Below are positions 50,929 through 61,657 of a DNA stretch of 64,000 nucleotides, piece after piece. Position 1 is the first letter of the stretch. Every line of letters begins with the position of its first letter. Position numbers and translations under genes: made by a program. The DNA comes from Candidatus Coprovivens sp. (GTDB lineage Bacteria; Bacillota_I; Bacilli_A; RF39; UBA660), in NCBI GenBank assembly GCA_051892935.1, contig JBJFGS010000025.1, positions 80,813 through 144,812 of the forward strand, written 5' to 3'. The notes beneath the pieces are model-generated. The model was not told where the DNA came from and did no database searches. It saw nothing but the letters and a program-made list of their open reading frames with translations.

Positions 50929-52070
50929 ACTTCTTCTTTCTCCCTACTAATTAAATTTCTATTTGCCGGACAAACAAAATTACATAATCCACACCTAATA
51001 CAAGTAGAATCTAATTTCTTATTTAGAGGATTAAGTCCCATAGGACAAACATCAACACACTTACCACATTTAATACACTTAGATGGAACAGAATCATCTT
51101 TTTCAAATATAAATACTGTTTTAACATTATCAGTAACAGTAAGAGCCTCTATATTAGAACACTTAACTTTTCTCATAAAATTATTTAAATAAATATCTTT
51201 ATTATCAATAATCGGATTGATTGTATCTAATATAACTTCTTTTAAATTAGCACCATACTTTGTATTAATAACATAAGCTTTTGTAGGATCATCTAACATA
51301 ACAGTAATATATCTTTGACTAACAGGTAACCTATCCTTTAAAGCGACAAATATTTTATATAAAGACAAAGTATCCAAAAATAATATTTCTTCTAATTTAT
51401 ATTCATTAAAATACTTTTTAGCAATAACACCATTAGTATTATAAGGAAAAACTTCATTAATTACTATAAAATTAATATTAGGGTAACTACTAATCAAAGT
51501 TTTAACAGCATAAACATTATTATCATCATATTTATTTAATAAAAGATAAGCATCTAAGTTAAATCTTCTAGATAATAAATTAATTGTTTCTAATAAGTTT
51601 TTAACATTATCTTGAAATAAGTAATTATTATTAAATTGATAAGGCTCAATATCCATTCCATTAACAACTAAAACCTTACTATTAGCTTTTAACTTATTTA
51701 CTATTAATCTATTTTCAAAAGAAATTCCTAATTCCTGACATACACTAATTATTTCATCTTTCTTAATATCTTCAATTATCGATACTGAAGCTTCGCTATT
51801 TAATGTTGAATCATTTTTATCATTAGTAATAACTAATGAATCTTGTTTTCTTTCAATAGTACCAGAAACAGTTGCATAAGTTTTAATACCAGTAGGAGAT
51901 TCAACTAACAATTGATTAATATAAACATAATCATTAGTATCAACATATATAGAATCTCCTTCTCTAAAAAAGACTTCAACAGTATTTGGAATAAAATATT
52001 CTTTCTTTTCAATATCTATTTTCTTTTCATCATTATTAAACTTATAAGTCAGTTTCAAATAAAACACCAC
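50925..52070 (-). CDS. RnfC-like protein with two C-terminal 4Fe-4S ferredoxin motifs and a degenerate nucleotide-binding motif
   Basis: VVNGMDIEPY (compare RnfC INGAECEPY), CIKCGKCVDVCP and CIRCGLCNFVCP. The GTG start is 4 nt after the uvrC stop with no clear SD. Confidence 0.55.
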   Translation of the reverse strand: MVFYLKLTYKFNNDEKKIDIEKKEYFIPNTVEVFFREGDSIYVDTNDYVYINQLLVESPTGIKTYATVSGTIERKQDSLVITNDKNDSTLNSEASVSIIEDIKKDEIISVCQELGISFENRLIVNKLKANSKVLVVNGMDIEPYQFNNNYLFQDNVKNLLETINLLSRRFNLDAYLLLNKYDDNNVYAVKTLISSYPNINFIVINEVFPYNTNGVIAKKYFNEYKLEEILFLDTLSLYKIFVALKDRLPVSQRYITVMLDDPTKAYVINTKYGANLKEVILDTINPIIDNKDIYLNNFMRKVKCSNIEALTVTDNVKTVFIFEKDDSVPSKCIKCGKCVDVCPMGLNPLNKKLDSTCIRCGLCNFVCPANRNLISREKEEV

Positions 52071-52074
52071 ATTT

Positions 52075-53850
52075 CTATTCTTTATTATATTTACTATCCA
52101 AGTATTCTTTTAATTCGATAGCTACATTAGTTGGTAATATTTCCTCTACTTCTTGAAGTGTTGCTTCTCTCATTTTCGCTATACTACCAAATTTTTTTAT
52201 TAATTGTTTCTTTCTAACAGGCCCAATCCCTTCAATATCATCTAAAACACTACTTATACTGCCTTTACTTCTAAGTGTTCTATGATAATTTATAGTGAAT
52301 CTATGTACTTCATCTTGCATTCTTGTCAAATAATGAAATACGTTACTCATTCTATCTATATTAATAACACTTAAATCAGAAGAAATCAAGTCATTAGTTC
52401 TATGTTTATCATTCTTTTTTAAACCAACAACCATTATATTAAGATGTAAAAGTTCTAATATTTCTTTTGCAGCTCTAATTTGATTCTCTCCTCCATCTAC
52501 AATAATCAACTCTGGAAGACTTGTTTTATCAACTAAAGCTCTCTGATACCTTCTATATAATATTTCCTTCATCGTATTATAATCATCATTTACATCAACT
52601 GAAACTTTATATTTACGATATTCATTTTTAGCAGGCTTACCATCAATAAATACTACCATACCAGAAACAGCAAAACTACCAAAAAGATTTGAATTATCAA
52701 AAACATCAATTCTATAAATAGAATCCAAACCTAATATCTTAGCTAATTCATCATTAGCTTTACTAGTCATAACTTCATCTTTTTTTATTTCTTCAAATCT
52801 ATTATTCAAATTAAGCTTAGCATTATCAAAAGCCATCTCTAATAAATCTTTTTTAACACCTTTCTGCGGAATAATAAAGTTAGTATTAACTACAGATTTT
52901 AAATTTTCTATATTTAATGAATCAGGAATTAAAATTTCTTTTGGGATCTCATTTCTACTATAAAATTTAGCAATATAATACTCAATATCATCATTAATAT
53001 CTAAATTAATTGGAAATATTTCATTCTTATGATTTAATAACTTACCATTTCTAATAAATAATATTTCAATAGATAAATAACCATTATCAACAAAATAAGA
53101 AATAACATCTCTATTAACAAAATCATGCAATTCGACTTTTTGTTTATCTAAAACAATATCAATATACTCTAATTCTTTCTTTAAATCCAAAGCCATTTCA
53201 AAGTTTAAATTTTCACTATACTTAGTAATTTTATCCATAATCTTATTTCTAAGTATTTCATCATTACCTCTTAAAAAAGATAGTATTTCATTTTCCATAT
53301 CAACTATTTTATCTTTATCTATTTTATTACTACAATAACCTAAACATTCACCAATATGATAATATAAACATACTTCTTTAGGATTACCTTCGCACTTTTT
53401 TAGAGGATATAATCTATTAAGCAAGTTTACTATTCTTCTAGCAGCATAAGCATTAGGATATGGACCAAATAGTTTTTTTCCATCTTTCTTCCTAATATTT
53501 AGATATCTTGATACTTTAAGTTTAGGATATGGATCACTAATATACTCAATATAAGGATAACTCTTATCATCAGTAAGCATAATATTATACTTAGGATTAA
53601 ATTCCTTAATTAAATTAATTTCTATTATAAATGCTTCAAGTTCAGAAGAAGCTACAATATATTGAAAGTCCTCAATTAAACTAACCATTTTCGCCGTTTT
53701 ACCAGTATGAACCCTATTAAAATAAGAAGAAAGTCTTTTATTCAAATCTTTAGCTTTTCCAACATAAATAATATTCCCATTCTTATCTTTCATTTGATAA
53801 GAACCAGGTTTATGAGGTACTAAAGCTAATTTATCTTTAAATTTCATCAT
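52075..53850 (-). CDS. uvrC: excinuclease ABC subunit C
   Basis: GIY-YIG N-terminus (GSYQMKDKNGNIIYVGKAKDLNKRLSSYF), UvrBC and HhH regions. 591 aa. Confidence 0.9.
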   Translation of the reverse strand: MMKFKDKLALVPHKPGSYQMKDKNGNIIYVGKAKDLNKRLSSYFNRVHTGKTAKMVSLIEDFQYIVASSELEAFIIEINLIKEFNPKYNIMLTDDKSYPYIEYISDPYPKLKVSRYLNIRKKDGKKLFGPYPNAYAARRIVNLLNRLYPLKKCEGNPKEVCLYYHIGECLGYCSNKIDKDKIVDMENEILSFLRGNDEILRNKIMDKITKYSENLNFEMALDLKKELEYIDIVLDKQKVELHDFVNRDVISYFVDNGYLSIEILFIRNGKLLNHKNEIFPINLDINDDIEYYIAKFYSRNEIPKEILIPDSLNIENLKSVVNTNFIIPQKGVKKDLLEMAFDNAKLNLNNRFEEIKKDEVMTSKANDELAKILGLDSIYRIDVFDNSNLFGSFAVSGMVVFIDGKPAKNEYRKYKVSVDVNDDYNTMKEILYRRYQRALVDKTSLPELIIVDGGENQIRAAKEILELLHLNIMVVGLKKNDKHRTNDLISSDLSVINIDRMSNVFHYLTRMQDEVHRFTINYHRTLRSKGSISSVLDDIEGIGPVRKKQLIKKFGSIAKMREATLQEVEEILPTNVAIELKEYLDSKYNKE

Positions 53851-54310
53851 CTACCTCCTTATTTAACAAATAATTATAAAGAGCTAAACACCCTTCATTA
53901 ATTTCATTATAAGCAGTATCAAAATCTCCACTATACCACGGATCATCTATATCTTTATTACTACCAGTAAATTCCAATAATAAATGAATTTTATTATCAA
54001 CATCAGGTCCAACTATTTGTATAACATCTCTTTTATTTCTCTGTTCCATTACAATAATATAATTATATAAATTATAATCTTCTCTTTTTATTTGAGTAGC
54101 CTTATGACTTTCACAAGTAACTCCCTCACTAACAAGTTTTTGTCTTGCTTGAGGATACATTTCATGACCAAGTTCTTCTATACTAGTAGCTCTTGATGCA
54201 CAAGTAAACATATAACGTTTACTATTCTTATATATAAGATCTTTAAAAATCATTTCAGCCATAGGACTTCTACAAATATTTCCATAGCATACAAACAGAA
54301 TGTTATACAT
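53837..54310 (-). CDS. low-molecular-weight protein-tyrosine phosphatase
   Basis: CX5R P-loop (VCYGNICRS) and a DPWY Asp loop. 157 aa. Confidence 0.85.
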   Translation of the reverse strand: MYNILFVCYGNICRSPMAEMIFKDLIYKNSKRYMFTCASRATSIEELGHEMYPQARQKLVSEGVTCESHKATQIKREDYNLYNYIIVMEQRNKRDVIQIVGPDVDNKIHLLLEFTGSNKDIDDPWYSGDFDTAYNEINEGCLALYNYLLNKEVDDEI

Positions 54311-54361
54311 ACTATCACCTTACAATATTATAACATAAAGAATAATTATTATTTCATATAT

Positions 54362-54577
54362 CTATCTTTTTTTGGCTTTTTTCTTTTCATCAGAAGTGGT
54401 ATAAGAAGTTACGTTACTATGAACCATTTCTGCAAAAAGAGAGTTTGATATTACTTCATTCATATCTTCACCATCCAAAAGCGAATCAACAAATTGTAAT
54501 TCATCATTTTCATCATACCTTTTAACAATTTTCAATCCTTCTTTTAAAGAAATCAACTTTTCTTTTTCATTACTCAT
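54362..54577 (-). CDS. small acidic protein (71 aa), translationally coupled to the giant ORF
   Basis: Its start overlaps the stop of the 2331 aa gene (ATGA). Acidic core with a Lys-rich tail. Confidence 0.4.
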   Translation of the reverse strand: MSNEKEKLISLKEGLKIVKRYDENDELQFVDSLLDGEDMNEVISNSLFAEMVHSNVTSYTTSDEKKKAKKR

Positions 54578-57500
54578 AATGTAACTCCTCCACTCTTTTT
54601 AAGATTCTCTAATTCTAAAACATACTCTTCCATCTTAATAATAGCATCATTTCTTCTTTTCAAAATCAACTCTAATACTTGATCAGCTTTATCTTTACCT
54701 AAAGAAACGGCATATTTTCTAAATAAATCCTTATAATCATCATCACTTAAAAGTTTAACTTTATTTATTGTATCAGTAATAACAGATAAATCAAGATCTA
54801 TTTCTCCGTTCCTATACCTAGTAAATAATATTTGATAAATAGGAATACGATGATTACCATTAGGAGTAAAAGAATAATCTGCATTCAATGTTCTATCATC
54901 ACTTATAAACCTAAACGATTGTTCTTTGTCAATTCCTCTCAAATTATTTGAACTATCTATAATAAAATTTCCAACATAACAATCAAAATTACATAGTAAA
55001 AAGTCAATAACATATTCTCTTAGCAAAGCAGAAGAATAACAATAATCTAACTCTCCACCTTTATTAACCCAATCCTTAAGTACATCAGAATTATCCTCAC
55101 TTATCTCCACTAATTCTTGTTTAGAAAATCTCAATTTACCCCCAATACTCTCAACTCTTACTGAAGTACCAGGAGATAAAAATTCTTGTAATTTAGAAGC
55201 CGCTTCTTGAATATCAGCTCTAAAAGGTTGTAAAGCATAGTTATTTTTATCTACTGCTGGTTTTAGTAAGAAACTATCATCATCAATATCATATCTATAC
55301 ATAATTCCAGACTCTCCCAAATTAGCAGTTTCAAGAGCTACAATTTCTTCTTTAGACATTCCTCTTAAAACAGTTAAAGTTTTTCTAAAAAGACCAATAC
55401 GAGTCAATTCTTTTTTACAGTCAGGTAAATCAACTATTATTTGACAAACAATGCTTTCCATCTCGTATAAAGATTTACACAAATAATCAAAAGATATTTC
55501 ACTATTACGATACTTATCATTCAAAATAGTTAAACAATAATCTACTTTTTCTTTTATACTAACATTTGGATTATTCTCTTGTATCCCATCAAAGAATATA
55601 GAATACATCAACGAATAATTAGGACTAATTTTAAAATCAGCTTTAGCTTTCTTTAAATCTTCCACTTTCTTAGTATCATAAGCATAAACATCAAATTTAA
55701 TAATTGGAACATCAACTCCAAGAAAATCACTAAAATACTTAGCAGCCCTAATTGTAGCCTCATTTGGTACATCACCAACACAAGCCAAAGCACAAGGAAG
55801 CATACCTTCTCTAAAACCAGCTACTTCATTATAAGAACAATGCTTATAACAACTACACTGATTAAGAGCATTCAAATTTGTAAAAGCATTAATATTAGCA
55901 GTTGGTTCAATCTTATAACCACCATGCTCAACAAATAAATCTCTACCATTCATAAAAAGCATAAAACTCTTAGGTAAACTATTAAACAAATAAACAACAC
56001 CATTATTATCTCTATTATTTATAAACCAAAATCCTTTATCGGAAATACTAGATGTAGATAATGTCGAAGCTCCTTCTAACTTAGTCCATAAAGAAGGATC
56101 ATTAATTAACATCTCCTTAAAACCAGACATATTAGTATCATAAGAATAAATCCTATGGACTAAAAAATTAAACTTTTCAGAATTCATTTCAATAATAGTA
56201 ACACCATAAGGATTATTAGGATCACCCTTATCAATACGTTTACTTTTCAAATCCTCAATATTAGTAAGTCTTCCATTAAATTGATAATTATGTAACAATC
56301 TAATCTTAGCAATAATATTTCTCACTTCATCACAATAATCTAAAACTCCTGCATTGTCATTTATAAGTTTAGTCATTAAATCTTTTAATTCATTGATATT
56401 TTGAGATTCTATAATTCTACTCATTAATGTAATAATAGCTACATCTTTCTTATTGTAAAAACATTCTTTAAATATTTGATTAGCTCTTTCCAAACCATAA
56501 CATTCTATAATATCTTCTCGTAAAGTTTTTAGATTTAAATAATTATTTAATTGGAAATTATTAAAATCTTTTGCTAAAGAAGCGATATCAGCATATCCAA
56601 ATAAAGTAGCTAAAACATTCTTAATTTCAGCAATATTATTCGAATTTAATTTAATCATCCAAAAATCTTGTGTTTTCTTTTCATATTGTTTAAGTTCATC
56701 ATATGTTTTAATATCATACAAATTATTGCCTATAATAACTTTTCTAAGATTAGAAATATCAATTTCACTTAATTCATAATTTGAATTACAAATATCAATT
56801 ATTAACTCTTTATACTTATCAAAATTCCTAAAAGCATAATGAACTCTTTTATCATCATTATCAAACAAATTATAACGACAAACAATATCATAATAACTAC
56901 TAAGTAAATTAGCATTATTAGCTTTTATTTCTTTAGATATCACTGAAACAGCAGGTGTATTATATTTAATAACATCAAGTACAAATTCAAGACCAAATAA
57001 CGGATAAATATATTTAACAACATCATAATTAAAAACAGGATTCTTTTCTAAAGTATTTAATTTACCATTAGATTTTAAAATAAATAAAGCATTCTTAAAA
57101 ACAATTTGTAAATCACTATCAAATATTTCAAGATCAATAAATGGTAAAACTGTTACAATCTTTCTGAAAGTAAAACCATTTTCATTAGTCAAATCACTAT
57201 CGTAAGAATTAATAGCATTTGCAAAAACACTTCTAATAACATTATCATTTTTATCTATTAATCTAAAATCCTTCAAATTACTAAGTAAAAAATCAGCAAC
57301 GAAAAAACAATTATTCTTATTATTAATATCAAAATTTGAAAAATGAATAATCTTCAAAACTTTAGAAACCGATAATAAATGTCTATCAATAGTCGAAAAA
57401 TCATCTATATAAGCAAAAGTACGTTCATTCAAAAATTCCAGAGGAAGTTGAAATAAAATTGAAGGAGCAGTTTTTAAAGCAGCCACAACCATTTCCTCAT

Positions 57501-60500
57501 CTATTTCAATTAAAGAAGAAATTCTAGTTAAATAATAACCATTAATAGACAAAGCCTTTAAAACTAATTCCCTATATCTTTCCATAGTATTAGGAAATAG
57601 AAATATTAAATCAGAATTATAATCAAGAACAGTAAAACATAAATCAAAATCTTTCTTTAAAAAATCAGGTAAATAATTATAAACACAACCATTTTTATAT
57701 TCAACCAGCTTTAAAGCAGTCTCTTTATCATTTATCAAATTAGGTATAAAAGTAAATACAATAGGATATTCTAACAAATGATCTTTTGCATACCTAACAA
57801 TAATATCTAAAGAATGATTCGCATATGCAAAAGTACTTTCATCAAGTTTCATAGCATAATCAAGAATATCAATATCATCTTTAAAAGTATCACTTAAGTA
57901 AAAATAAACGCTTGAAGCGGAATCCTTTTTCATTAGTTTAAATATAATTTCTTTATTATTTAAAATAGAAGGAACATACTTATATAAAGAAGGATAATCA
58001 TCTATAATATTTGTAACACTATTAATAATATCTTGATCATTACAATCAACATATTTAATATAAAACAAAGGATCATCTAAAAAATACTTCTTAGCCATAT
58101 CATATTTTTTTTGAATAAATATTTCCAAATCAGTAAAATTATTAGCAAACCACTCTACTACATATTTTTTATCAGAACAAGAATTAAGTATATCATCTAT
58201 AATCGTTAAAGATTCTTTTTCTTTAGGTAATTCATTCAACCTCAATAAAACAGTAAAGTTTTCTTTACTTGAATAGTCAAAATTATAATACAACGAAGCA
58301 TCAATTCCAAAAGAATTAAGAAATTCCTTAAAAGGTCCATCAATATACCAATTATTTCTAAAAAAAATTGTAAAATCATAAATAAAATCATATTTATTCT
58401 CACTATAAATTTCAGAAAGTATATCCTTAAGTAATAAATATAAAGAATCATCAACTTCATTAATTAAATCTTTTCCTATCTGTAATAAAGATTGTATTCC
58501 TAGATTTTTAAGTATTTCCCTATCAACCTCAACGCCATTTTTTAAAGCAACTGAAACAGTATGTGAAGAAGATTTAAAAGAAAAATTATACCCACTCTTA
58601 AAAGCTAATAAAACATAATCATCATCTACATAGCCATGATAATAATCTAAAACACTAGGATAAAAAGAAACAATTTCCTTTACCACTTCAGAATTTAAAT
58701 ATCGAGCATCAATATAACTAAGTATTAAAGGATTTTCCTTTATAAGTTCAACAACTGAATTAGAACTCATATCATAATAAAATAACTTACTACATAATTC
58801 AGGTTGTTCTCTAGCAATAATCTTTAATAAATTAATATCTCTTCTCTGTTCAACATTTAACAATTTTATAATATCAGGATTTTTTCTAACAAACGAAGCC
58901 AAAGAATGATAATTATTTACAATATCAGAAAAAAAGATAATATATCTAGAGTCAGAATCAATTCTACTTCGTAAATACATTAACTCATCATCTGAAAAAC
59001 TGATTTTCTTAATAAAAGAATTAAAATATTTATTAGTAAGAATCTGTTCTTCAGGAAAATAGCCACCTAATAAAGCTTTTTTCAAAACATCTTCTTCAAT
59101 TCTGTCATAATAATATGATATAAAATCATAAAATCCCATTATAACCATTTTTCTTATAAGAAAAATTTTAGTATCAGTATTTATAGAATAAGAATTAATA
59201 ATTTCACGTATCTTATCAACACTTAAATATTTTAACAATTTAGTAAGTAAAACTTTATTATTTATAGTACTAGAAGACAAATCAACATAATTAAAAAGAA
59301 CATATTCATTTTCATCAATTTCATCAAGAAGTACTTTATCACTAACACCAATAATCTTTTGCATTTTTACAATACTATTCTTATTAAAACCAGTTCTATA
59401 CATTTTTAAAATAATACTAGAACTATCATAAATATAAAGACTAGAATTACTCTCAGATAATTTTACAAATAGATTAACAAGTTCTTGTTCATATTCAATT
59501 TTAATAAATCTACTAATAACTAAAGCATTCATAACAGGATGCTTTTTAAACATTTCAAAATTATATCCTGATTCAAATAAAAAATCGATATCTTCATCAG
59601 AAAAATTATTAATTACATCAAGTATTTCAAATCTATTATTTAAAATGTATTTTCTCATCAATAATGAATTAAAAATCGCCGAAGAACATAAATCCTTTGA
59701 ATCAGGTAAATAACCATTCAATAAACTATAATATAAATCAACTGCTTCCTTACAATCATTCCCATAAAAATGCAAATACTTAATTCCTCTATCATCACCT
59801 TTTTTTAAAAGAAATACAACTGAATCAAGAGATAAATCTGTAAAATCATTAATATATGGAAGAATATCATCAAAAGAAATACCGCTTAAAATAGCTTTTT
59901 CAATAACAGAACGAGTAGGATTATTCTTTAATAAATCCATCAAATAACTAGAATCATACTCAATAAATTTTTCTTTTAATATTGGAATATTCTGAACAAC
60001 TAATGGCAAAGAAATATATTTTTCATATGAAATATCTTTTAAACCTATTTTTTCTAAATCAAAATCACTTAAATACAAATTTTCAGTAGCTAATACATCG
60101 TAATGGCCTTCATTAACAAACTTATATATAATATCTTTAGACAAATCACATTTACCATATTTAGAAATAGCTTCTTCATACATACTATATGTAATATAAT
60201 CCAAATAACTATTAACTAAATTTTTATCGTTTGAATAAAGTAAAGGCAAATACATTCCCTTTTGTACAAACGCCTCAATGAAAACATTTTTATTAGTATT
60301 ACGAGAAAGATTAATAGCAAAATCATCCACTGTAAGACCATTATCAATAAGTTCTAAAGCAACAGGTAAAGAAATAGAAAAGCTACTATAAGAACGATAT
60401 TTATCCCAATCACGAGAAACAACACAATATAAAAAATTAATTTCCTCAGAATTCCTATAATCATCTTTTAACTGATATATACCACTTTTAACAAGTTCTA

Positions 60501-61569
60501 AAACATAATTAAAACAATTAATATCAGTCAATACCGAAGTCAAACCACCTATTAATGAATAATCATTATTTACTACAAAATATCTAGCAAGAGGAAAAGA
60601 ATCTAAAATATTAGTAAAAGAGTTAATTCTTTCTAAAGAAATATTATTATTTTGAATAAAGTTTATAACATCCTCATTAACAGCTTCTTTAGAAGCATAC
60701 ATTAAAGCATCAATTTTACCATCCTGTAAAAGATTTAATAATAAAGGAGAACTTTTTTTATAAGACCCATCATATAAAGAATAATCATAAAAAGAAAAGT
60801 CAGAATAATTAACTAAATCAGCAGAAGGATTAGAAGCTAAAACTAAAGCTTTACTACCTCCTATATCAATAAATCTTTTTACAATATTTTCATCATTCAA
60901 AATTGAAATATCATGATCATTCATATACATAGTAATTATATATTCAAAAAAAGCCTTAAAATCAAAATCACATTTAGATAATTCAATTAATAAATTAGAA
61001 AAATCAGCTTTAAAATTATTAGAATATCTAAAATATTTTCCCAAATATTTATAATTGTTATTGGAAATCATTAAAGCTGCAAGCTTAGGACTAATACTAT
61101 AAGAATGTTCAACTAACAAATCGACTTTATCAGGATAAAGAATATATATATCATATTGAAAACTACCTAAAATCTCAAATTTTTTCAAAATATCATCTAT
61201 AGAAACACCATTATTCAAATAATAATTTAAGTCATTTAAATCAAAAATAGCTCCATGAACATCAGTATATTCCTTATCACGATAAAAGTAATCTAATAAA
61301 GAATAATAAAACTCATCCGAAATGAAAAGTTTAGAATAAAATAAGTTATCAAGCCCATTATCAAAATCTAATTCACTAATAAATTCTTCATCACCAATAT
61401 ATTTATCAACAAATAAGAAATAATCATTATGAATTTTATCTCTAAGAGTATTCAATATATAATCAATATCTCTTTCTAAATAATCAGTATCAATATTATA
61501 TTTTTTAAATATTTCAAGCAAGGAATCTTCCTCTAACAATTTCAAAAATTTAATAACATCTTCGTGCAT
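54574..61569 (-). CDS. giant cytoplasmic protein (2331 aa), Asn/Tyr/Asp/Leu-rich, with a C-terminal region carrying a kinase-like catalytic-loop signature
   Basis: Uninterrupted 6996 nt ORF. RBS AAAATAGGTG and a TATAAT upstream. No signal peptide and no P-loop. The motif FDCYVGNFIID-x7-GIDKE lies about 136 residues from the C-terminus. Confidence 0.7.
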   Translation of the reverse strand: MHEDVIKFLKLLEEDSLLEIFKKYNIDTDYLERDIDYILNTLRDKIHNDYFLFVDKYIGDEEFISELDFDNGLDNLFYSKLFISDEFYYSLLDYFYRDKEYTDVHGAIFDLNDLNYYLNNGVSIDDILKKFEILGSFQYDIYILYPDKVDLLVEHSYSISPKLAALMISNNNYKYLGKYFRYSNNFKADFSNLLIELSKCDFDFKAFFEYIITMYMNDHDISILNDENIVKRFIDIGGSKALVLASNPSADLVNYSDFSFYDYSLYDGSYKKSSPLLLNLLQDGKIDALMYASKEAVNEDVINFIQNNNISLERINSFTNILDSFPLARYFVVNNDYSLIGGLTSVLTDINCFNYVLELVKSGIYQLKDDYRNSEEINFLYCVVSRDWDKYRSYSSFSISLPVALELIDNGLTVDDFAINLSRNTNKNVFIEAFVQKGMYLPLLYSNDKNLVNSYLDYITYSMYEEAISKYGKCDLSKDIIYKFVNEGHYDVLATENLYLSDFDLEKIGLKDISYEKYISLPLVVQNIPILKEKFIEYDSSYLMDLLKNNPTRSVIEKAILSGISFDDILPYINDFTDLSLDSVVFLLKKGDDRGIKYLHFYGNDCKEAVDLYYSLLNGYLPDSKDLCSSAIFNSLLMRKYILNNRFEILDVINNFSDEDIDFLFESGYNFEMFKKHPVMNALVISRFIKIEYEQELVNLFVKLSESNSSLYIYDSSSIILKMYRTGFNKNSIVKMQKIIGVSDKVLLDEIDENEYVLFNYVDLSSSTINNKVLLTKLLKYLSVDKIREIINSYSINTDTKIFLIRKMVIMGFYDFISYYYDRIEEDVLKKALLGGYFPEEQILTNKYFNSFIKKISFSDDELMYLRSRIDSDSRYIIFFSDIVNNYHSLASFVRKNPDIIKLLNVEQRRDINLLKIIAREQPELCSKLFYYDMSSNSVVELIKENPLILSYIDARYLNSEVVKEIVSFYPSVLDYYHGYVDDDYVLLAFKSGYNFSFKSSSHTVSVALKNGVEVDREILKNLGIQSLLQIGKDLINEVDDSLYLLLKDILSEIYSENKYDFIYDFTIFFRNNWYIDGPFKEFLNSFGIDASLYYNFDYSSKENFTVLLRLNELPKEKESLTIIDDILNSCSDKKYVVEWFANNFTDLEIFIQKKYDMAKKYFLDDPLFYIKYVDCNDQDIINSVTNIIDDYPSLYKYVPSILNNKEIIFKLMKKDSASSVYFYLSDTFKDDIDILDYAMKLDESTFAYANHSLDIIVRYAKDHLLEYPIVFTFIPNLINDKETALKLVEYKNGCVYNYLPDFLKKDFDLCFTVLDYNSDLIFLFPNTMERYRELVLKALSINGYYLTRISSLIEIDEEMVVAALKTAPSILFQLPLEFLNERTFAYIDDFSTIDRHLLSVSKVLKIIHFSNFDINNKNNCFFVADFLLSNLKDFRLIDKNDNVIRSVFANAINSYDSDLTNENGFTFRKIVTVLPFIDLEIFDSDLQIVFKNALFILKSNGKLNTLEKNPVFNYDVVKYIYPLFGLEFVLDVIKYNTPAVSVISKEIKANNANLLSSYYDIVCRYNLFDNDDKRVHYAFRNFDKYKELIIDICNSNYELSEIDISNLRKVIIGNNLYDIKTYDELKQYEKKTQDFWMIKLNSNNIAEIKNVLATLFGYADIASLAKDFNNFQLNNYLNLKTLREDIIECYGLERANQIFKECFYNKKDVAIITLMSRIIESQNINELKDLMTKLINDNAGVLDYCDEVRNIIAKIRLLHNYQFNGRLTNIEDLKSKRIDKGDPNNPYGVTIIEMNSEKFNFLVHRIYSYDTNMSGFKEMLINDPSLWTKLEGASTLSTSSISDKGFWFINNRDNNGVVYLFNSLPKSFMLFMNGRDLFVEHGGYKIEPTANINAFTNLNALNQCSCYKHCSYNEVAGFREGMLPCALACVGDVPNEATIRAAKYFSDFLGVDVPIIKFDVYAYDTKKVEDLKKAKADFKISPNYSLMYSIFFDGIQENNPNVSIKEKVDYCLTILNDKYRNSEISFDYLCKSLYEMESIVCQIIVDLPDCKKELTRIGLFRKTLTVLRGMSKEEIVALETANLGESGIMYRYDIDDDSFLLKPAVDKNNYALQPFRADIQEAASKLQEFLSPGTSVRVESIGGKLRFSKQELVEISEDNSDVLKDWVNKGGELDYCYSSALLREYVIDFLLCNFDCYVGNFIIDSSNNLRGIDKEQSFRFISDDRTLNADYSFTPNGNHRIPIYQILFTRYRNGEIDLDLSVITDTINKVKLLSDDDYKDLFRKYAVSLGKDKADQVLELILKRRNDAIIKMEEYVLELENLKKSGGVTL

Positions 61570-61657
61570 AATTAAACACCTATTTTCTTATATAATTATA
61601 GCACAAGTAAAATGATAAAAAAAACAATATATGTTATAATTAAAACGAGGTGACAAC

